DNA from: Candidatus Zixiibacteriota bacterium
GTDB lineage: Bacteria > Zixibacteria > MSB-5A5 > WJJR01
Assembly: GCA_016199865.1 (NCBI GenBank)
Contig: JACQFV010000005.1
Span: 1 to 37,674, forward strand
Direction: 5' to 3'
Length of the DNA stretch: 37,674 nt
In this document: positions 1 through 9,094 of the stretch, in pieces
Numbering within the stretch: the stretch's first letter is position 1
Layout: the number at the start of each line of letters is the position of its first letter
Program-made: the position numbers and the translations under genes
Notes under the pieces: model-generated
Databases searched by the model: none
Told to the model about the DNA's origin: nothing
Seen by the model: the letters and a program-made list of their open reading frames with translations, nothing else

Positions 1-583
1 CATACTCTTCGTTGATGGTCAAAGGCAGAGTGCAGGCCGCCGCGACGATTGACTCGCCGCGGACGATGACGGCTCCATCATGCAAGGGCGAATGCGGCGT
101 GAAGATCGTCACCAGCATCTCGGCCGACAGCCGCGCATCGAGCGCCTTGCCGGTTTCGGCGAAATTGCGCAAGCCGACGTCCCGTTCCAAAACGATCAGC
201 GCTCCCCAGCCCAGTTCAGTCAGGCGGCCGGCGGCGCGCACGATTTGGTCGACGGCGGCGCCCTCCTCCAATTTCAAGAAGACACGGAGTAAACGCCAGT
301 GGCCCATTTGGGCCAATGCTCCGCGCAATTCGGGCTGAAAGACGACCACCAAGACGATAAAGCCCACGGTCGCCAGATTGGTGAAGAGCCACTTGAGCCC
401 CTGCAGTTGAAACCAGAAGGCGAGAAACGACACGATGCCCAACACGATCAACCCTGCGACGATCTGCGCCGAGCGGGTCCCCTTCATCAAGAGAAACAGG
501 CGATAGATGATGTAGCCCACAACCAGAACATCGATCAGATCGATGATCCCGAAATGCAGGAATCCGACGCGGAAAAGTTCCAC
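1..583 (-). CDS. cdaA: Diadenylate cyclase CdaA/DacA (3' end runs off the window)
   Basis: Not in the ORF track. Manual minus-strand translation from GTG at 583: VELFRVGFLHFGIIDLIDVLVVGYIIYRLFLLMKGTRSAQ...FQPELRGAL...GALIVLER...SPLHDGAVIV...AAACTLPL. Three N-terminal hydrophobic segments, DisA_N 'LHDGA' motif, and the usual position after folP. Confidence 0.93.
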   Translation of the reverse strand, partial: MELFRVGFLHFGIIDLIDVLVVGYIIYRLFLLMKGTRSAQIVAGLIVLGIVSFLAFWFQLQGLKWLFTNLATVGFIVLVVVFQPELRGALAQMGHWRLLRVFLKLEEGAAVDQIVRAAGRLTELGWGALIVLERDVGLRNFAETGKALDARLSAEMLVTIFTPHSPLHDGAVIVRGESIVAAACTLPLTINEEY

Positions 584-680
584 GATATCTCCGGCGCAAT
601 GACGCCACTCCTTAAGGAATGATACGCACGATGGCGGCGCCGGTCAATCGCGGCAGCCACCGGCGGGGCCAAGTTCAGAA

Positions 681-1514
681 TCAGGAGGAGGAAGGACCCG
701 TGCTGAGAGCCGCCGCGACCGCCAATGCCTGCCGTGTCGGCCCGACGTCGTGGACGCGTACAATGCGCGCCCCCTGCCCGACCGCCCAAATCGCTGCGGC
801 GAGCGAGCCCTCGAGTCGATCGCCGACGGGCGCGCCGGTGATCTGGCCGATGAACGACTTGCGTGAAACACCGACCAGGATCGGATAACCGATGGCGGTC
901 AATTCACGCAATCGGCGCAGGAGCGCCAGATTGTGTTCGAGCGTCTTCCCAAAGCCGATCCCGGGATCGAGTATGATCCGATCCTCCCCGATCCCGCACG
1001 AACGGGCAAACCGGGCCCGCTCGCGGAGAAACAAGGTGGCGTCGGCGACCACATCGGTGTAGACGGGATCCATCTGCATCGTCGCGGGCTTTCCCTGCAT
1101 GTGCATCAGGATCACAACACATCCCTGACGTGCTGCCAACTCGGCCATGGCCGGATCGGCGCGCAACGCGGAAATGTCGTTGATCCAGTTGGCGCCACAG
1201 CCAACGGCGGCGGAGGCGACTTGGGCGCTCGTCGTGTCGACCGAGATGGGGCCACCCCAGAATTCCCGAATGCCACGGATAACGGGTGTCACGCGCCGGA
1301 TTTGCTCTTCAGCGGACACCCCCTCGGCCCCCGGCCGGGAGGATTCCCCGCCAATGTCGATGATGTCGGCTCCCGCCTCGACCATGCCACGCGCGTGGGC
1401 AATCGCGTGTGACGGTTCGAAAAAATGACCGCCATCGGAGAATGAATCCGGTGTCACGTTCAGGACGCCCATGACCCATGGGGGCGCAGACTTCGGCCAA
1501 AGATCGAGTGTCAT
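681..1514 (-). CDS. folP: Dihydropteroate synthase
   Basis: VMGVLNVTPDSFSDGG, DIGGESSRPG, DPGIGFGK, SRKSFIG and VRVHDV motifs. Start placed at ATG 1514 because the longer ORF-track start runs through a palindromic repeat. Confidence 0.96.
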   Translation of the reverse strand: MTLDLWPKSAPPWVMGVLNVTPDSFSDGGHFFEPSHAIAHARGMVEAGADIIDIGGESSRPGAEGVSAEEQIRRVTPVIRGIREFWGGPISVDTTSAQVASAAVGCGANWINDISALRADPAMAELAARQGCVVILMHMQGKPATMQMDPVYTDVVADATLFLRERARFARSCGIGEDRIILDPGIGFGKTLEHNLALLRRLRELTAIGYPILVGVSRKSFIGQITGAPVGDRLEGSLAAAIWAVGQGARIVRVHDVGPTRQALAVAAALSTGPSSS

Positions 1515-1574
1515 GCCAGGTACATTGGTGTCTGCCACGGTGGTGGCGCTGAGACTATCCAACAAGAAGAAATT

Positions 1575-1636
1575 GTGGACGCCGGGCGTCCCCGCCCGGC
1601 GCGCACTTTCGGCACGCACGGACGCGTGGCGTCCAC
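1575..1636. repeat. Degenerate REP-like inverted doublet between ftsH and folP
   Basis: GTGGACGCCGGGCGTCCC (1575-1592) versus the reverse complement of 1619-1636 (GTGGACGCCACGCGTCCG): 15/18 match. Internal hairpin GCCGGGCG..CGCCCGGC at 1581-1600. Confidence 0.55.
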
Positions 1637-1760
1637 TTGTGGTCGAGATGTTCTCGCGCTACTTCTGAGAACCGATGTCATTTCGCTGGGGGCTTTCAGG
1701 GCAGTCAGAGCCCGGAAGACAGACCCCCGGAATACCCCACGTTGTGGGAACGACGCACGA

Positions 1761-3815
1761 TCACGCCGGGGATGCGCCGGGAGCGATTTCTCCCAGCCGC
1801 TCGCCGCCAACGGCCCGAGCGGGGGCGGGCTTGGCCACAATAACGGGCGTAGGTTCGGCGGGGGGCGGGGTCGATTCACGTATGGGACTCAATTCCTCGC
1901 CGCGTAGGATCACGTCGATCTGATCGCCGTCCAAGATCTCACGTTCCAGGAGCGCCTTGGCCACGGCGTGCAGTTGATGGAGATTCTCCGAGAGCAGTTG
2001 CGTCGCTTTCGCCTCGGCTTCGGCGAGAATGCGCTTGACCTCATCGTCGATCTTCTGGGCGGTGCGTTCGGAGTAGTCACGGTGCCGCGCGATCTCCCGT
2101 CCCAGAAAAATCTCCTCCTGCTTCTTGCCGAAGGTCATGGCGCCGAGCGCGTCGGACATCCCCCACTCGCAGACCATCTTGTGCGCCAGCGCCGTGGCGC
2201 GCTCCAGATCGTTGCCGGCACCGGTGGTATACTGGTTGAACACGAGTTTTTCCGCGACTCTCCCACCCATCGTGTACATCAGACGCGCCTCCAGATATTC
2301 CTTGGAGTGGGTGTGCCGCTCATCGATCGGCAGGAAGTGAGTGACACCGAGAGCCATGCCCCGCGGGATGATCGTGACTTTGTGGACCGGGTCGGTATTC
2401 GGCGTCAGCTTGCCCACCAGCGCGTGACCGGCTTCATGGTAGGCGGTGGTCTTTTTCTCCTCCGGGGTGATCACCAAGGACCGCCGTTCGGTTCCCATCA
2501 TCACCTTATCCTTGGCGTTTTCAAAATCCTCCATCTCGACCTTGTCGCGGTTGCGCCGCGCCGCCAAGAGCGCCGCCTCATTGACCAGATTGGCGATGTC
2601 GGCGCCGGAGAGCCCCGGCGTGCCCCGCGCCAGAACCTTTAAGTCGACGTTGGCCGACAACGCGATCTTGCGGGTGTGCACTTTCAAGATGCCTTCGCGT
2701 CCGCGGACGTCGGGGGCATCGACCACCACCTGACGGTCAAAGCGGCCGGGACGCAACAGCGCGGGATCGAGAACATCGGGACGGTTGGTGGCCGCCAGGA
2801 GTATGACCCCTTCGTTGGATTCAAAGCCGTCCATCTCCACCAGCAATTGGTTCAAGGTCTGCTCACGTTCGTCATGGCCGCCGCCCAAGCCCGCCCCCCG
2901 GTGCCGTCCCACGGCGTCGATTTCATCGATGAAGATGATGCACGGCGCGGACCGTTTCCCCTGCTCGAACAAATCGCGAACCCGCGAGGCGCCCACGCCA
3001 ACGAACATCTCCACGAAATCGGAGCCGGACATGGAGAAGAAGGGGACTGAGGCCTCGCCGGCAACGGCGCGCGCCAGAAGCGTCTTGCCGGTGCCGGGCG
3101 GGCCGAGCAGGAGCACGCCCTTCGGAATCTTGCCGCCCAAACGCTGGAACCGACCGGGGTCGCGGAGAAAATCGATGACTTCCTCCAATTCCGCCTTCGC
3201 CTCCTCGGCCCCGGCCACGTCGCTGAAGGTGACCTTCGGACGGTCCTCAGTCAGCACGCGGGCGCGGCTCTTGCCGAAGGAAAAAATCCCCTTCGGCCCG
3301 GATTGCATCTGTCGGAACATGAACAGCCAGAAGAAAACGAGGATCAGCACCCACGGGGCGAAACCCAACAGCAGGCTGGTCCAATTGAGCCCCTCTTCTT
3401 CGGCTTTGATCTGGACTTTTTTCGTCTCCAGACGCGCCACCAGGGCCTGAGTGTCGGTCATGGGCAACAGTACCCGGAACTCCTTGACCTTGTTGGTGCG
3501 ATTGTTGTCGGTCTTCAAGACGTCGACTTTGAATTCGCCGGTTATGTGATGTTCGACAACCGTCACCGACACGACGTTGTCGGCGTCCAATTGTTCGAGG
3601 AATTCGCTGTAGGTGAAATCGGCGCCCTTCTGCCGGCCGAAACTGTAGTAGTTGACCAACAGCGCCGAGAGCGTGATCAACGCCACCCAGAAAATGAGCG
3701 TGCGCGACGACCGTTTCCATGAAAACGGCGGCCGCCCGCCGGGATCGGTCGACCCGCGCGGCGGACGCCCCTTCGGCGGGACATGATCGGAGTGTGGGGC
3801 GGTTGGTTCAGCCAC
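1761..3815 (-). CDS. ftsH: ATP-dependent zinc metalloprotease FtsH
   Basis: Two TM segments, Walker A GPPGTGKT, Walker [32 protein letters not shown], zinc motif HEAGH. Confidence 0.99.
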   Translation of the reverse strand: MAEPTAPHSDHVPPKGRPPRGSTDPGGRPPFSWKRSSRTLIFWVALITLSALLVNYYSFGRQKGADFTYSEFLEQLDADNVVSVTVVEHHITGEFKVDVLKTDNNRTNKVKEFRVLLPMTDTQALVARLETKKVQIKAEEEGLNWTSLLLGFAPWVLILVFFWLFMFRQMQSGPKGIFSFGKSRARVLTEDRPKVTFSDVAGAEEAKAELEEVIDFLRDPGRFQRLGGKIPKGVLLLGPPGTGKTLLARAVAGEASVPFFSMSGSDFVEMFVGVGASRVRDLFEQGKRSAPCIIFIDEIDAVGRHRGAGLGGGHDEREQTLNQLLVEMDGFESNEGVILLAATNRPDVLDPALLRPGRFDRQVVVDAPDVRGREGILKVHTRKIALSANVDLKVLARGTPGLSGADIANLVNEAALLAARRNRDKVEMEDFENAKDKVMMGTERRSLVITPEEKKTTAYHEAGHALVGKLTPNTDPVHKVTIIPRGMALGVTHFLPIDERHTHSKEYLEARLMYTMGGRVAEKLVFNQYTTGAGNDLERATALAHKMVCEWGMSDALGAMTFGKKQEEIFLGREIARHRDYSERTAQKIDDEVKRILAEAEAKATQLLSENLHQLHAVAKALLEREILDGDQIDVILRGEELSPIRESTPPPAEPTPVIVAKPAPARAVGGERLGEIAPGASPA

Positions 3816-4398
3816 GGGCTTGGGTCTCCTCGTCCTGATTGGGATCCAACTGGGCGATGTACGGCAGGTGACGGTACCGTTCCGCCAGATCCAATCCGTA
3901 TCCTACGACAAATCCCCGTCCAATCTGAAATCCCACGTATTCTATCGGCAGGTCCGCCTCCGGTCGCACACGCTTGTCCAGGAGAGCGACAACGGCCAGT
4001 CGCCGCGGCTGCCGTGCCATGAGCAGACGGCGGATGTAACTCACCGTGGTCCCCGAATCGACGATGTCCTCCACCACAATGACCGACCGCCCGGTAATGT
4101 TTACGCTCAAATCCTTCAAAAGTCGCACCGATCCCGACGGTGAGGTTCCGGCGCCATACGCGGCGAGGGCCATGAAATCGATGTGGTGAGCAGCCTGCAT
4201 CGCCCGGCACAAATCGGCCACAAAGATGAAACTTCCCTTGAGCATCCCGATCAGGACGGGTGTGTCCTCGGCAAAATCCAAGTCGATCTGCCGCGCCAGT
4301 TCCTGCACGCGGATGCGGATTTGCTCGGCGGAGATCAAGACTTCCATCTTCGGAACCTGCCGCTCCGTCATGACCGCGGCCGTGGCGTCACCGTTCAT
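3808..4398 (-). CDS. hpt: Hypoxanthine phosphoribosyltransferase
   Basis: [15 protein letters not shown]-binding [26 protein letters not shown]; tilS-hpt-ftsH synteny. Confidence 0.97.
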   Translation of the reverse strand: MNGDATAAVMTERQVPKMEVLISAEQIRIRVQELARQIDLDFAEDTPVLIGMLKGSFIFVADLCRAMQAAHHIDFMALAAYGAGTSPSGSVRLLKDLSVNITGRSVIVVEDIVDSGTTVSYIRRLLMARQPRRLAVVALLDKRVRPEADLPIEYVGFQIGRGFVVGYGLDLAERYRHLPYIAQLDPNQDEETQARG

Positions 4399-5775
4399 CT
4401 CCCCTCCCTTACCACCTGCGCCACCAAAACCCGGCGCGTTCGTGCGGTGATCTTCGCCCGTTCGGCGATCGGATGACCAATCGGCCAGAGGATGCCCGCT
4501 TCGTCGGTCAGAACGGGCACATCCGGCCGTTCAAAGACAGGCACGCCGCGGTCCGCCAGAAGGTCGGCCAGCTTCTTGGAGCCGTTCAAGCCAATCGGAC
4601 GATACCGATCTCCGGCCTCAGGGCTCCGCAGGGACAACTGCCCCCGTAGATGATCGCAATCGAACTGGGCGCAGACTCGATCATTTCCTGACAGCGGCGC
4701 CGCCGTTTCACGCACTTGAGTTTTCAAATGCACGGCTCCGGGCGCTGCGATCTCGCCGTCGCGGGGAATCTTCACTGCCGGCCGCCGGGGTAAACGAGCC
4801 ACGCCACGCCGGGCGACGGCAATCTCACCTTTGGAGCGGATGATCACCAGTTCCCCCTGCTCGACCGTGCCGCTGGCCTGCCCGTCAGATCCCGAACGCA
4901 ACTGAGTGAACCGCTCGACGGTGCCGGGCCGGGGGACCATTTCCAAACCCACCCGTTCCATGAGGTCACGCAGCACGAACGGATCGAGCGCTGCATCATA
5001 CCGCCTGAGCGCCCCGACTTCAAGCGTCAAGCGGGCCGACCCGCTGGCGCGGATGGCCGTCTGAATTGTCCGGTGTGCCCGACGGCGGAGATACTCGTGT
5101 TGCCGCCAGAGTTGTTCACCCATTCGCGCCAGGCCCTCGACCGCGGCCGGATTGATCTGGCTCCACTGCGGCAGGATGGTGGCCCGGATACGATTGCGCT
5201 GATATCGGGTGGAGCCATTGGACGAATCCGTGCGGTAGGGAAGATCGTGTGAGTCGAGAAAGCGCAGAATAAGAATCGTTCAGCTGATGCGCCGTGGCAA
5301 TCCAGTCATACCCGTGCCTGTCGGCGAGGCGGTCAAAGAATTCGTAGCGCGCCCGTCGTGCCCACGATTGCAGATTGAATCCAGTCCCCTTCTCCATGTG
5401 TGCCATGCGACGGCTGTGGAAGCGAACACCCCAACGCCGGGCCAGACCTCGGGCGAATGCGTGGTCGCCTTCCGATTCGGCGCCGCGCAGGCCATAGTTG
5501 ACGTGCGCCGCCCCGATCGTCCAACGGTGTTGCCTGGCCAGCCCGGCCAGAATGGCCAGCAGTGCCACCGAGTCGGGCCCGCCGGAGAGCGCTACCAGAA
5601 CATGCGCGCCACGTCGCGGCCGCCCGTAGCGGGAGAAATAGCGCTCCACCAACGTCACGATGGGCATGTCCACGGGGGAAGACACGGCCGCGCGCACATC
5701 CGCCAACGAAGGGATGAATGGCCGCGCCGGACGAGCGCTTGACCTGTGGCCCGAAGCCGGTTGGGAGGATTTCAT
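4395..5775 (-). pseudogene. tilS: tRNA(Ile)-lysidine synthetase, disrupted by an internal deletion and frameshift at ~5271 (real lesion or assembly artefact)
   Basis: 5' frame has ALSGGPDS, AHVNYGLRG, ARRARYEFF and IATAHQLND. The frame then shifts by 1 nt to ILRFLDSHDLPYRTDSSN..YQRNRIR, which runs into the 4395..5123 ORF (TilS_C: GDRYRP, KKLADLL, ER..VPVL). The usual ET...RG.G..GL...RPLL block is missing. Start ATG 5775 overlaps the upstream stop (ATGA). Confidence 0.88.
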
Positions 5776-7616
5776 CGCACGCACACCACCAGCATGGTCA
5801 CATCATCGACCGGCGCGTTTGGATCGGCGAACTCCTGCAGGGACGTGCGCACGGCGCTCACGATCTGCTCGGCCGATTGACTGGAATTGGCTCTCACCAG
5901 ATCGGTCAGCCGCGTCATGTCGTACATGCTGCCGTCCTTGCCGACCATCTCGGTAACACCATCGGTGTAGAGCAAAATCACGTCACCGGGCGACAGCCCG
6001 ATCGCCCGCTCCTCGAAAATCGAATTTTCGAACAAGCCCAGCGCCGTGCCCCCCTCTTTCAAGAAGAGGATCGTGCCGTCGGCGCGGCGCAGAATCCCCG
6101 GCGGATGGCCGGCATTGGAAAACGTGAAGATGCGGTTCTTCGTGTCCAGGACACCATAGATCGCCGTGACGAACCGGGCCTGATCATTGCGCTCGCAGAG
6201 GAGCCGGTTCACCTTTTGCATGATGCTGCGCAGGGCGTAGTTGTTGCGAATCTCGGCGATGAGCGAGGCGCGGAAGGAGGCCATGATGAGCGACGCCGGA
6301 ATTCCCTTGCCCGCCACGTCGGCGATGGCGATGCCGATCTGACCGTCGATGATGTCGATGAAATCGTAATAGTCGCCGCCAACCTCGGCCGACGGGATGT
6401 TGACCCCGGCGATGTCGAACCCGGCGATTTTCGGGCTGGCGCCGGGCAGGAAGGTCGTCTGGATCTGCCGGGCGACCTCCAATTCCCCCTTGATGCGCCT
6501 CTGCTCCAACACGGCCGCGTGGATGCGGGCGCGTTCCAGGGCCACACCGGCGTGCTGGGCGAAGGCCGAGACCAGATCCATATCCGCCTCAAAAAACCCA
6601 CTGACAAGGTCTCGTTCGATGTTCAGTACGCCCATCAGGCGGTCGCCGGCAAAAATCGGCACGACCATCTCGGAGCGCGTCAGCTCGCGGGCCTTGGCAT
6701 AACGGGCATCCTGCCGGACGTCATCGACGATCAACGGCTTGCCGTTGGCGGCCACCCACCCCACCAGACCCCGCCGCGCCTTGTTCTCGAGAGGTGACGC
6801 CCCCGTCTCCTTTTCCGGGGCGTAGCCCCGGTCGACGATCCGTTCCACGCGGCCATCCCTGCCGACCAGAAAGATCCCGCCGGCGTTGTAGGGGACCACT
6901 TTCTGGAGGGAATCGAGGATGGCGTCGAGAACTTCGTCAAGGTCCAAAGTCGACAGGAGCATCCGGCCGGCTTCCACGAGCATCTGGTTTTCGAGAGACT
7001 GCCTCTCCGTCTGGCGATAAAGCAAGGCATTGTCCAGCGCGACCGCCGCCTGTTCGGCCAGAGGTACCAGAAGCGTTTGGTTGCGCACTCCCGAATGGGT
7101 GGCGCTGGTCAGAACTCCGATTGCCCCCATGGTGCGGGCCCGATGAACCAGAGGCACCCACCGCTCCGCGGTGGCGCCACGGTCGCCGACGGCTTGTGCG
7201 ATGGCCTCTTCGACGGCGGGCAGCGTGTTCGAAAATGACCCCGTGCTCAAGGGACGCCCTTCCAGCCAGTGGATGAAGGTGCGGCCGACCGATGATGGCA
7301 GGTCCACGGGAGCATCGGTGTCCCGGAGCCACATTTTGAAAATGACCGGATGGTGCGTGCGCGGACGGTGCAGAAGAAGTATGGCCCCTTCCGATTCCGT
7401 CAGGGTCGCCACCGTCCTGACGACAATCTCGTAAAGCTCCCCCAGACGCAGGGTTGCGTGCATGGCGCGCGCCGCGCCGGCCAACGGTTCCGCCTCCGAG
7501 TGACTGACCCGCCCGGAGCCGCCATCTTGGCCGTTCGGCGAGTCCGGTTTGGGATTCTCGCGGTTCACTCGGACCGGTTCCTTGGATGTCGTCTGAGTCA
7601 GCGTGTTCATCGGCAC
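5772..7616 (-). CDS. GAF-GAF-PP2C (SpoIIE/RsbU-type) serine phosphatase
   Basis: Two GAF domains ending AEQAAVALDNA and AQHAGVALERA. PP2C motifs VGGDYYDF, IADVAGKG, NAGHPP, LYTDGVTE, DDVT. Confidence 0.92.
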   Translation of the reverse strand: MPMNTLTQTTSKEPVRVNRENPKPDSPNGQDGGSGRVSHSEAEPLAGAARAMHATLRLGELYEIVVRTVATLTESEGAILLLHRPRTHHPVIFKMWLRDTDAPVDLPSSVGRTFIHWLEGRPLSTGSFSNTLPAVEEAIAQAVGDRGATAERWVPLVHRARTMGAIGVLTSATHSGVRNQTLLVPLAEQAAVALDNALLYRQTERQSLENQMLVEAGRMLLSTLDLDEVLDAILDSLQKVVPYNAGGIFLVGRDGRVERIVDRGYAPEKETGASPLENKARRGLVGWVAANGKPLIVDDVRQDARYAKARELTRSEMVVPIFAGDRLMGVLNIERDLVSGFFEADMDLVSAFAQHAGVALERARIHAAVLEQRRIKGELEVARQIQTTFLPGASPKIAGFDIAGVNIPSAEVGGDYYDFIDIIDGQIGIAIADVAGKGIPASLIMASFRASLIAEIRNNYALRSIMQKVNRLLCERNDQARFVTAIYGVLDTKNRIFTFSNAGHPPGILRRADGTILFLKEGGTALGLFENSIFEERAIGLSPGDVILLYTDGVTEMVGKDGSMYDMTRLTDLVRANSSQSAEQIVSAVRTSLQEFADPNAPVDDVTMLVVCVR

Positions 7617-7709
7617 AACCCCAGCAGGTCGATTTTACGTCAAACCCACCCTGTGTGTCGCAAAAGACAAAATACGTGCAAAGATTGATTTTGTGCGGAA
7701 AATGTCCCC

Positions 7710-8603
7710 CTACGGGGACTCAGGCGGGGTTGGATCGGCCCACCGATCGATGGTATTCGCTTGTGGCGCTGGGGGATCAGTCCGGAGACGGTGGATGCGC
7801 CAAATGGCGATCACGAGGAACACTCCGGCCGGCAATGTCGCATACCACGGGAGAAATTCCAGCGGCCGTTCCCACTGCGCCGGGCTCTGGAACGCGAAGA
7901 CGACCAGCGCCAGGGCGTTGTTCAGGACGTGCACCAGAATCGCGGGCCAGATCGACGATGTTCGCTCGGTCAGGTATCCCAAGAGGCACCCGAATCCCCA
8001 CAGACCGAGAAAATTCCATGGGTTCAGGTGGAGAATGGCGAACAAAAACCCCGTCCAGATGATGGCCTGTTTGGGACCGAACGATCGGCGCAGACCGGTC
8101 TGGACCAGACCACGAAAGGTGATCTCTTCACACACGCCGGGAATGATCGCCGCCACCAACACGAATAGGAGCCACTCCCAGGGCGAATCCGCCGCCAGAT
8201 AATGCCGATAGAATTCGAATTGTGACGACGGGATCGGCCATAAACGGTCGAGCAGCACCGGCAGATTGGACTCGGTCACCGCAAAGGCGAAGACGGCCAC
8301 GATCGACCATACCCAAAATTCGGGGGGCACGCGTGGCGGTGAAAGCCAGCGTGACCAGCCGGTGTCGAACAGGCGGCTGACCAGATACGGCGCCAGGGCA
8401 AATCCGGCGATTTCCGCCACGACCACGGAACCATAGAATTTCAACAGCGGCAGAAGCACGATTCCCAAGAGGAGCGAACAGAGCGCGGCAAAGACAAAAA
8501 ACAGGATCGCCCGTCCACCGTCCCATAGCCGCCTGCTCCCGTGATGCTGGGGCTCAACGGGCGCAGGATGAATTTCATCCGGCTCTGGCGAGAATGGCTC
8601 CAT
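7710..8603 (-). CDS. CPBP/Abi (CAAX-type II) intramembrane glutamic protease
   Basis: Multi-TM protein with EEITFRG, FAILH and HVLNN motifs. Confidence 0.9.
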   Translation of the reverse strand: MEPFSPEPDEIHPAPVEPQHHGSRRLWDGGRAILFFVFAALCSLLLGIVLLPLLKFYGSVVVAEIAGFALAPYLVSRLFDTGWSRWLSPPRVPPEFWVWSIVAVFAFAVTESNLPVLLDRLWPIPSSQFEFYRHYLAADSPWEWLLFVLVAAIIPGVCEEITFRGLVQTGLRRSFGPKQAIIWTGFLFAILHLNPWNFLGLWGFGCLLGYLTERTSSIWPAILVHVLNNALALVVFAFQSPAQWERPLEFLPWYATLPAGVFLVIAIWRIHRLRTDPPAPQANTIDRWADPTPPESP

Positions 8604-8739
8604 GCCGTGTCCGGGGGCGCCGCAATCAATCGACTTCTCTACGACCGCAACACAATCTCGATCCGTTCATTTAATCGGACAAGCGGTACCTCAATCCGAT
8701 GGCGTCTGTGCCTTCCTGTACTTCGGCGCGACGACCACA

Positions 8740-8780
8740 TAAAGGAGGGAACCCCGGGTCGAGGGCGGCGACCCGGGGTT
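8740..8780 (-). terminator. Perfect 12-bp GC hairpin, probable minus-strand terminator or 3' structure
   Basis: AACCCCGGGTCG (8750-8761), 7-nt loop, CGACCCGGGGTT (8769-8780). On the minus strand it is followed by CCCTCCTTTA, a weak U tract. Confidence 0.5.
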
Positions 8781-8884
8781 GAGGGAGGAGTTACATCGAG
8801 ATGGTTTGGGTCTCGGGGTCTTCTGGGTCAGGGCCGGGCCGCGTGCGAGGCGCTTGCCTTCGAATCCGCGGCCAGTGGCCACGA
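8740..8884 (-). ncRNA. Candidate ~145-nt small RNA with CCCUC/CUCC motifs
   Basis: Lies between a sigma54-type promoter and a strong hairpin, with no credible ORF and RBS. Pyrimidine motifs flank the hairpin and fill its loop. Inferred; no family recognised. Confidence 0.35.
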
Positions 8885-8895
8885 TCTGGAGCAGG

Positions 8896-8910
8896 GCAAA
8901 TGTGCGGCCA
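8896..8910 (-). promoter_or_regulatory. Sigma54 (-24/-12) promoter
   Basis: Minus strand reads TGGCCGCACATTTGC: TGGC, exact GG-N10-GC spacing, and TTGC. Confidence 0.55.
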
Positions 8911-8950
8911 GACTACAGGGAATCCATCGGCGCGGCGCTCACACCTTGTG

Positions 8951-8999
8951 GCGCAAGCAGTTGGCCACGTGTGCGAAACGTGAACAGAGGTGAAGGAGT
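8951..8999. promoter_or_regulatory. IHF-like core and TGT-N11-ACA enhancer-like site upstream of the sigma54 promoter
   Basis: CAAGCAGTTG (8954-8963) fits the CAA-N4-TTR IHF core. TGTGCGAAACGTGAACA (8970-8986) lies ~90-100 bp upstream of the inferred start. Confidence 0.35.
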
Positions 9000-9094
9000 T
9001 GAACAGTCGACAATTGACGGGTCAAAATCCATAGGCCCCGCCCCATACAGGATGGGAGGTGGACGGAACGGCTGGGTTTAGGCCGAAGTGACGG

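Noticed and set aside
1515-1760. Possible folate-related riboswitch upstream of folP
   Set aside because: No THF or ZTP riboswitch consensus was recognised, and the hairpins are explained by a REP-like doublet. An Rfam scan would settle it.
5116-5290. Programmed frameshift, or a naturally two-gene tilS
   Set aside because: No slippery sequence is present, and about 40 conserved codons are missing, so frameshifting could not restore the enzyme.
8691-8882. 63-aa ORF inside the sRNA candidate
   Set aside because: GTG start without an RBS, low-information sequence, and it reads through the hairpin. A leaderless peptide cannot be fully excluded.
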